NCBI GenBank assembly: GCA_963848295.1
Contig: CAWKDB010000010.1
Coordinates: 800,001 to 864,000 of the forward strand
Reading direction: 5' to 3'
Source: an uncultured delta proteobacterium
GTDB taxonomy: Bacteria; Myxococcota_A; Polyangia; Haliangiales; Haliangiaceae
Length of the DNA stretch: 64,000 nucleotides
Positions 59,293-64,000 of this stretch are shown here, piece after piece. The notes under the pieces were generated by a model. That model had not been told where the DNA came from, did not search any database, and saw only the letters and a list, made by a program, of their open reading frames with translations. The translations under genes were made by a program, and so were the position numbers. Each line of letters starts with the position of its first letter. Position 1 is the stretch's first letter.

Positions 59293-60531
59293 GGTCCCGT
59301 CATGAAGTCGAGGGTGACCGCTTGCGACAGCGGCTGGTCATAGGCGTCGGTGACCGTGACCGGGATGGTCAGCGTGTAGGACGTGTTCGCGGCCAGACCC
59401 CCGACGTCGGTCGGCAGGATCTTGATCTGGGTGCCGACCGGCTGTGCGCTGCCGTCGATCATGGTCATCAGCCCGGCCGGCGGCGTGAGCGTGATGTTCG
59501 CGAGGCTCGCTGCCGACGACCGGCGCGTTGAAGTCGATAACGAGCACGTTGGTGCGACGTGACTCCGACGTCGCCTTCCTGCGGCGTCGAGTTGGTCTCG
59601 ACGAGCGGCGCGACGCCGAACGTGAACTCGCTGACATCGCCGGGCGTGCACGTCTGCGGACAGTCGAACAGGTTGCCGACGCAAGTCGATCGGGCGACCG
59701 CCATCGGTGCCGGTGCCGGTGCCGGGCGTGCAGACCTGGAGGTGATCGTTCTTGTCGATGACCGACGGGTCGAACGTCAGGTGACACGTCGTGCTCGTCG
59801 GCATCGCGCCGGACGGGACGAGCACGATCGCCGGGCCGAGCTCGTCGAAGCCATTCTCGACGCCGCCGGTGACCGCGGGCACTTGCTGGTCGCCGGACGG
59901 CTGCCAGTAGCTATTGTCGTCATCGATCGGGACGTCGACGTCGCCGCCGGCACCGGTGCAAGTGATGCCGACCGCGCCTGGGGTGAAGCGTTGGGTATCC
60001 GCCGCGCCGTCTTGGTTGACGTCGAGCACGCCGACCGGTTGGCCCATCGCGATGCCGTTGCAGCCGGCCGCGTTGTGGCAGATGCACACCGCATTCGGGC
60101 CGGTGCAGGTCTGCGGCAGCAGGTCGTCGCGCCTCGCTGCACTTCGCGATGTCGTCGGGCGTCGCCCCGAGCGGGACGTTGTCGAAGACGTCGGTACCGA
60201 CCACGCCGCGGCACTCGATCTGCTCGAGGTAGTTGCCGAGCAACAGCTCGCTCATGATGATGCGAATCGGGCCGATCGCTTTCGGGTCCGCGGTGGTTAC
60301 CGCGTGCTCGTCGTCGCTGCCTTCCGACTGCGGGTGCGAGCCGAATGCGAACACGCGGCGCGGCGCCTGCGCGGCTCCGGTCGCGTCGGTCCAGTCCTCG
60401 AACATGCGGACCTGCTCGATCTTCGGCGGCCCTGCGGGATCCAGATCAGTGGCGCTCGTGGGGTCGAAACAGGCCGAGCCGGCGATCATGTAGATCGCTG
60501 CGAACACGAAGCTTAGTCGAGTCGAACCCAT
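59289..60531 (-). CDS. Cys-rich lipoprotein with Ig-like domains upstream of the receptor; multiple frameshifts
   Basis: Lipobox AGSAC; pieces in ORFs 59920-60612, 59289-60089, 59468-59704; LAANTSYTLTI..VTDAYDQPL (Big_5-like); GTGA overlap with the receptor. Confidence 0.7.
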
Positions 60532-60582
60532 GACGATTTTGCCCCTTGTGAGACAGCTGCTAGATGGCCGTAGAGCCGCCCG

Positions 60583-60612
60583 CTTGTAACGAGAGAACGT
60601 GAAAGCTGTCAA
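60583..60612 (-). promoter_or_regulatory. Putative sigma70 promoter for the lipoprotein-receptor pair
   Basis: TTGACA-N18-TACAAG. Confidence 0.45.
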
Positions 60613-60713
60613 GGTGTTCCCCGCCTTGTATCAGCTCCAGCCGGGGCGCAGAACTCACGCTGCGTGACAGCGCATCGGCCCAGGTCGCATCGGGTGTCGC
60701 AGGCAGCGCGGGG

Positions 60714-61199
60714 TCATCGGGGCAGCCTGCCGCTGGCGTGTGGATTCGCGTCCTCGTCCCGGATCTTCAGCGCGACTTTGATCTCGTCGTGCTCGGCATC
60801 GTTCGCGAGCGAACGAATCGAGTCCATCGTCTGGACTACCAGCCGCCACGGCACCGGGTCCTCGAAGTCGACGAATACGACCTTGTCGGTGCCGTGCATC
60901 GCGTCGAGCTTGGGACGGAGTGTTCGCGCGACCTCGGTCGGCTCGATCGCCAGCGGGGTCCCACCCAGGCCGTCGTCGAAGTCGATCGTCAGGTCGCTCC
61001 GGACGGTGAGCGAGATCTGCGGCCCAGGCACCCCAGTCGGGTCGACCTTCGGCGGGATCACCATCGGCTCGACCCGAAGCACGTTCGGCATCACGACGAG
61101 AAAGATGATGAGCAGCACGAGCATGACGTCGATCAGCGGCGTCACGTTGATGTCTCGCTGGATGCCGCGCTCGCCAGCCGAATGGATCGAGAGGCTCAT
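60714..61199 (-). CDS. exbD: Biopolymer transporter ExbD/TolR (copy 3)
   Basis: DINVTPLIDVMLVLLIIFLV. Confidence 0.88.
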   Translation of the reverse strand: MSLSIHSAGERGIQRDINVTPLIDVMLVLLIIFLVVMPNVLRVEPMVIPPKVDPTGVPGPQISLTVRSDLTIDFDDGLGGTPLAIEPTEVARTLRPKLDAMHGTDKVVFVDFEDPVPWRLVVQTMDSIRSLANDAEHDEIKVALKIRDEDANPHASGRLPR

Positions 61200-61300
61200 C
61201 CCCGGTCGTATCAGCGGCGATCCGCCCTGGCTACGCCCGGCACGTCACGCCTGGTGACGCGCCGAGCCCGCGGTTCGCTGTCGCTGTCGCAGCTCGGAGA

Positions 61301-61777
61301 CTAAGGCGCCGCCGCGGCGGGGGTCTTCGGCTCGCGAATCTTGAGCGCGACCTTGACATCATCGTGGTCACCGTCGGTCGCGATCCCGCGGATCGTGTCC
61401 ATCGTGGACACCACGAGGTTCCAAGGCACGGCATCGTCGAAGTCGACGAACACGACCTTGTCGGTGCCGTGCATCGCGGCGAGCTTCGGCTCGATCTTGC
61501 CGCGGATGTCGTTGACCTGGATCGTCACGGGGTCGGCCGTCCCGTCGGTGTACGTGTACGTCAGGTCCTTGGTGATCGTGATCGTCAGCGTGCTCGCGTT
61601 CGGATCCGGCATCTCCTGCGTCTGATCGAGCTTGCGCGGGACGGTCAGCGCCTCCGCCTTCAAGATGATCGGCATCACGACGAGGAAGATGATCAGCAGC
61701 ACGAGCAAGACGTCGATCAACGGCGTGACGTTGATCTCGCTCTGGACGCTGCCGGGCTTGCCGCCCCCTGTTGACAT
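61301..61777 (-). CDS. exbD: Biopolymer transporter ExbD/TolR (copy 2)
   Basis: EINVTPLIDVLLVLLIIFLV; start MSTGGG. Confidence 0.9.
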   Translation of the reverse strand: MSTGGGKPGSVQSEINVTPLIDVLLVLLIIFLVVMPIILKAEALTVPRKLDQTQEMPDPNASTLTITITKDLTYTYTDGTADPVTIQVNDIRGKIEPKLAAMHGTDKVVFVDFDDAVPWNLVVSTMDTIRGIATDGDHDDVKVALKIREPKTPAAAAP

Positions 61778-61785
61778 CCCCACGG

Positions 61786-62277
<492 letters not shown>

Positions 62278-62281
62278 CAGC

Positions 62282-62968
62282 TTAGCCTCGGCCCTCGCGC
62301 AGCACGTAGTCGATGAACTCGCTCGAGACGTCGTTCATGTCGATCACGAACTGCTCGACGCGCGACGTGAAGTAGTTGAACGACATCGCGCCGATGATCG
62401 CGATCGCGAGGCCGAGTGCGGTCGACACGAGCGCCTCGGAGATCTTCGGGCCGATGTCCTGGATGCTCACGCTGCCGCCCTTGAGCAGCTGGAACGTGCC
62501 GAGGATCCCGACGACCGTGCCGAGCAGGCCGATGAACGGCGTCGCCGAGGCGACCGTGCCGAGGTACGCCAGGCCGCGGCGCAGGTTCGAGGTCTCGCGC
62601 TCCTTGACGCGCTCGAGCGCGCGGTTGACCGAGTCGACCAGGTCGAAGTCACCGACGTCGTCCGGGCCCTCGGTCTTCAACGCCTCGCGGCCTTGTTGCA
62701 GCGCGGCGAGGCCGGACTCCATGACCTTCGCGACCGGGCTCTTGGCCGACTCCTTCGCGCTGTTCAAGGCCTCGGCGACCTTGTGCTGGCGCAGGAACTC
62801 GCCGAGCGCCTGGACGTAGCGAATGCTCTGCTCGCTCGCCGCCCGGAACGTCAGCAGGCGCTCCGTGATCACGTAGAACATGAACACGGACATCAGCAGC
62901 ATCATCACCGTGATGATCTGAACGATGATGCTGGCGTCCTTGAAGATCTGTACTAGGTCGAGTCCCAT
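62282..62968 (-). CDS. exbB: MotA/TolQ/ExbB proton channel
   Basis: LGTVASATPFIGLLGTVVGI, ISEALVSTALGL. Confidence 0.92.
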   Translation of the reverse strand: MGLDLVQIFKDASIIVQIITVMMLLMSVFMFYVITERLLTFRAASEQSIRYVQALGEFLRQHKVAEALNSAKESAKSPVAKVMESGLAALQQGREALKTEGPDDVGDFDLVDSVNRALERVKERETSNLRRGLAYLGTVASATPFIGLLGTVVGILGTFQLLKGGSVSIQDIGPKISEALVSTALGLAIAIIGAMSFNYFTSRVEQFVIDMNDVSSEFIDYVLREGRG

Positions 62969-62993
62969 GGCACGTTCCTGTGGCTGAGTGTTC

Positions 62994-63776
62994 CTACGTC
63001 TGCGTGTAGATGAACGTCACGGCGGTGCACACCGGAACGGCCTTCCCGTTCACGGCAAACGGCTTGTACTTCCACTGCGTCCGCATCGTGTTGAGGATCT
63101 TGGAGTCATAGGCGCCAAACCCCGTCGACTTGATCTGGGTGACGCTCGTGATATCGCCGCCCGCGTTGAGGCACAGCTTGTACGACCCGACGACGCGGCT
63201 CTTGCCGGAGCGCTGGATGTCGGTCTTCGTGACTTCCTCCGGGAGGATGTTCTTGTCGCCCGCGATCCGCGACGCCTCGAGCATCGTCGGTGCGACGATC
63301 TGGGGAGCGGCGGGCGGCGGCGGCGGCGGCAGCGGGATAGCCGGCGCGGGCGGCGCACCTACGACACCGTCGTCGACACCGTCTTTGTCGCCGTTGATGT
63401 CGCCGTTCTCGGAGCCGGTCTCGACGCCTTGCTCGACCTTGGCCTCTTGCTTCTCGATCTTGATGTTCGGCTGGACGATGTCTTTGACCATCCGCTTATG
63501 CGGGATGATGATGTCTTGCGGCTTCGCGCCACCCTTGGGCAGCGGCGGCGGCGGCGGCGGCGGCGCGGCGGTCGCGAGGTCGGTCGCGATGTTCGGCTTC
63601 TCGAGCCGGTCGATGTGCCAGATCGTCTTGATCCACATCGCGAGGAAGATCCCGAGGTGGATCGCGATGGCGCCGATCAGGACGGGCGCCGCCCATGGCG
63701 GCAGCTTGCGCTTCTTCGCGGCGGCGTAACCACCAAACATGGGTCCGGGCTCGGCGACGGGCGTTTGATTCGACAT
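62994..63776 (-). CDS. tonB: Energy transducer TonB
   Basis: RBS AAGGAG; TM helix with His (IAIHL); poly-Pro tracts; C-terminal WKYKPFAVNGKAVPVCTAVTFIY. Confidence 0.88.
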   Translation of the reverse strand: MSNQTPVAEPGPMFGGYAAAKKRKLPPWAAPVLIGAIAIHLGIFLAMWIKTIWHIDRLEKPNIATDLATAAPPPPPPPLPKGGAKPQDIIIPHKRMVKDIVQPNIKIEKQEAKVEQGVETGSENGDINGDKDGVDDGVVGAPPAPAIPLPPPPPPAAPQIVAPTMLEASRIAGDKNILPEEVTKTDIQRSGKSRVVGSYKLCLNAGGDITSVTQIKSTGFGAYDSKILNTMRTQWKYKPFAVNGKAVPVCTAVTFIYTQT

Positions 63777-63799
63777 CGGCAGCTTTGCTCCTTTGGCGA

Positions 63800-64000
63800 T
63801 CAGCCGCCGGTCTTGACCGGGCTAGGGTTGACCGGCGCAGCGCCATTGACGGTCGCTGGCGCCGGTGTCGGAGCCGCGGGTTGACCTTGTAGCGCCTTCG
63901 CCTTGTCTCTAAGGACGCCCGACTGGCGCTTTAGATCTTCTGCGCTCGCGCGATCTAGCGCGCCCGCCCACGACACGCCATGAGTCAGCGCGCGCAAGAA
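63800..64000 (-). CDS. C-terminal end of an upstream gene in the tonB operon (partial)
   Basis: Open frame from the window edge ending just before the tonB RBS. Confidence 0.5.
   Translation of the reverse strand, partial: FLRALTHGVSWAGALDRASAEDLKRQSGVLRDKAKALQGQPAAPTPAPATVNGAAPVNPSPVKTGG

Noticed and set aside
55788..60531. Programmed ribosomal frameshifting in the receptor and lipoprotein
   Set aside because: Too many shifts and no slippery heptamers; indel error or decay is more parsimonious

Overview
Very GC-rich bacterial chromosomal DNA with about 50 densely packed genes. The gene content suggests a myxobacterium (phylum Myxococcota, Kofleriaceae/Haliangium-like; inference): four Hanks-type Ser/Thr kinases, Cys-rich DUF4215/fibro-slime and lamin-tail lipoproteins, GSGSG linkers and an Oar-like TonB-dependent receptor cluster. 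I saw no rRNA, tRNA, CRISPR array, prophage or transposase. Recognisable genes include a persulfide dioxygenase-rhodanese fusion, a B12/radical SAM protein, an RluF-like pseudouridine synthase, cysK, a TMEM175 channel, a DUF58-transglutaminase-MoxR operon, msrP, a PcrA/UvrD helicase and tonB-exbB-exbD x3. Signals the ORF track misses: (1) a hidden selenoprotein, a lipoprotein peroxiredoxin-like domain with an in-frame UGA in a UxxC motif, a SECIS-like hairpin and a fused beta-barrel-like domain (6373-7356); (2) MsrQ fused to a FAD/NAD reductase and a [2Fe-2S] ferredoxin; (3) two 83-bp REP-like units inserted into an ATGA gene overlap, each forming a 28-codon mini-ORF that preserves translational coupling; (4) four sigma54-type -24/-12 motifs 13-14 nt before ATG codons and several TAnnnT boxes 5-8 nt before start codons, suggesting leaderless mRNAs; (5) a lipoprotein gene broken by a tandem CTAG duplication. 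Region 56.8-60.2 kb carries many single-base indels, most likely sequencing error. Family assignments come from motif recognition by eye; no searches were run.
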